Of a stretch of DNA of 25,136 nucleotides, positions 24,683 through 25,136 are shown in pieces. Position 1 is the first letter of the stretch; each line of letters begins with the position of its first letter. Source of the stretch: a virus (Duplodnaviria; Caudoviricetes); the IMG/VR virus record IMGVR_UViG_3300031694_000042, positions 1 through 25,136 of that record; one strand, 5' to 3'. The position numbers and the translations under genes were made by a program. Under the pieces are notes generated by a model. That model had not been told where the DNA came from, searched no databases, and was given only the letters and a program-made list of their open reading frames with translations.

Positions 24683-25136
24683 TTATGATATAGTGAAGGA
24701 GCTAGGGTTGTAGTACGTTGCGCCTGCAGCACCTCCTATCCCTTTATTGGATTCTACAACATGACCGTGGTCGCCTGTAATCTCGCCACCTTGGCTACCT
24801 GCTGAACCTTCAGCACCACCAGAGCCGCCTATGCCTCCACGTACTGTACCATCGTAGCCCCCAGTGCCTCCAGTGCCTTCACTTGCAAGAGTGCCTGCAG
24901 AGCCTGCAGTACCACTGTGAGTAGTGGAGCCACCATTACCGCCAGCGCCATAAGGCCTACCGCCACCACCGCCACCACCGCCACCATAGGCAGTACCTGT
25001 GTGTACATAACCTTCAGCACCACCACCGCCACCACCGCCTCCTGAGAGAGTACCATTGTTTATTAGTGTGATGTCAGACTCTAGATGTACTGCAACACCG
25101 CCAACAGTGCCGTCAGTTGCATGGGCAATTGCATTA
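24683..25136 (-). CDS. Glycine-rich receptor-binding protein, T-even gp38-adhesin-like (C-terminal part; not in ORF track)
   Basis: Manual translation: ...ITLINNGTLSGGGGGGGGAEG...YGGGGGGGGRPYGAGG...GGSGGAEGSAG...GGAAGATYYNPSSFTIS*, with stop at 24683-24685. Confidence 0.75.
   Translation of the reverse strand, partial: NAIAHATDGTVGGVAVHLESDITLINNGTLSGGGGGGGGAEGYVHTGTAYGGGGGGGGGRPYGAGGNGGSTTHSGTAGSAGTLASEGTGGTGGYDGTVRGGIGGSGGAEGSAGSQGGEITGDHGHVVESNKGIGGAAGATYYNPSSFTIS

Noticed and set aside
24829-25056. 75-aa Val/Ala-rich ORF
   Set aside because: Off-frame reading of glycine codons of the adhesin gene.
1-25136. tRNA/rRNA genes, integrase/att sites, introns/inteins, stop-codon recoding
   Set aside because: None recognised. 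Core genes are uninterrupted and of expected size under the standard code.

Overview
This is about 25 kb of a lytic, T7-supergroup-like podovirus genome with two arms. The layout resembles Zobellviridae/SIO1/VpV262-type marine phages; that assignment is inferred from gene content and order, not from a database search. Positions 1-6320 (minus strand) hold the start of the late operon: TerS, TerL, portal, scaffold, major capsid, a Zn-ribbon protein and a holin-like gene. Positions 6320-7420 are a repeat-rich non-coding divergence region that probably contains the physical genome ends. Positions 7427-18578 (plus strand) hold the complete early and replication arm: small ORFs, a Gp88-like protein, SSB, a glutaredoxin-like protein, primase-helicase, family A DNA polymerase, HNH, Cas4-like and endonuclease I nucleases, and DUF3310. 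I recognised no RNA polymerase, ribonucleotide reductase or integrase there. A bidirectional terminator at about 18600 separates this arm from the end of the late operon (putative ejection proteins and a gp38-like polyglycine adhesin). The most unusual signals are non-coding. (1) An identical 33-bp quasi-palindrome is present in inverted orientation just downstream of both the late promoter (6533-6565) and the putative middle promoter (10964-10996). (2) A lattice of TGACY/RGTCA half-sites phased at about 9.7 bp spans 6821-6980 near the presumed terminus. (3) A compact H-type pseudoknot with a U-tract follows the SSB gene.
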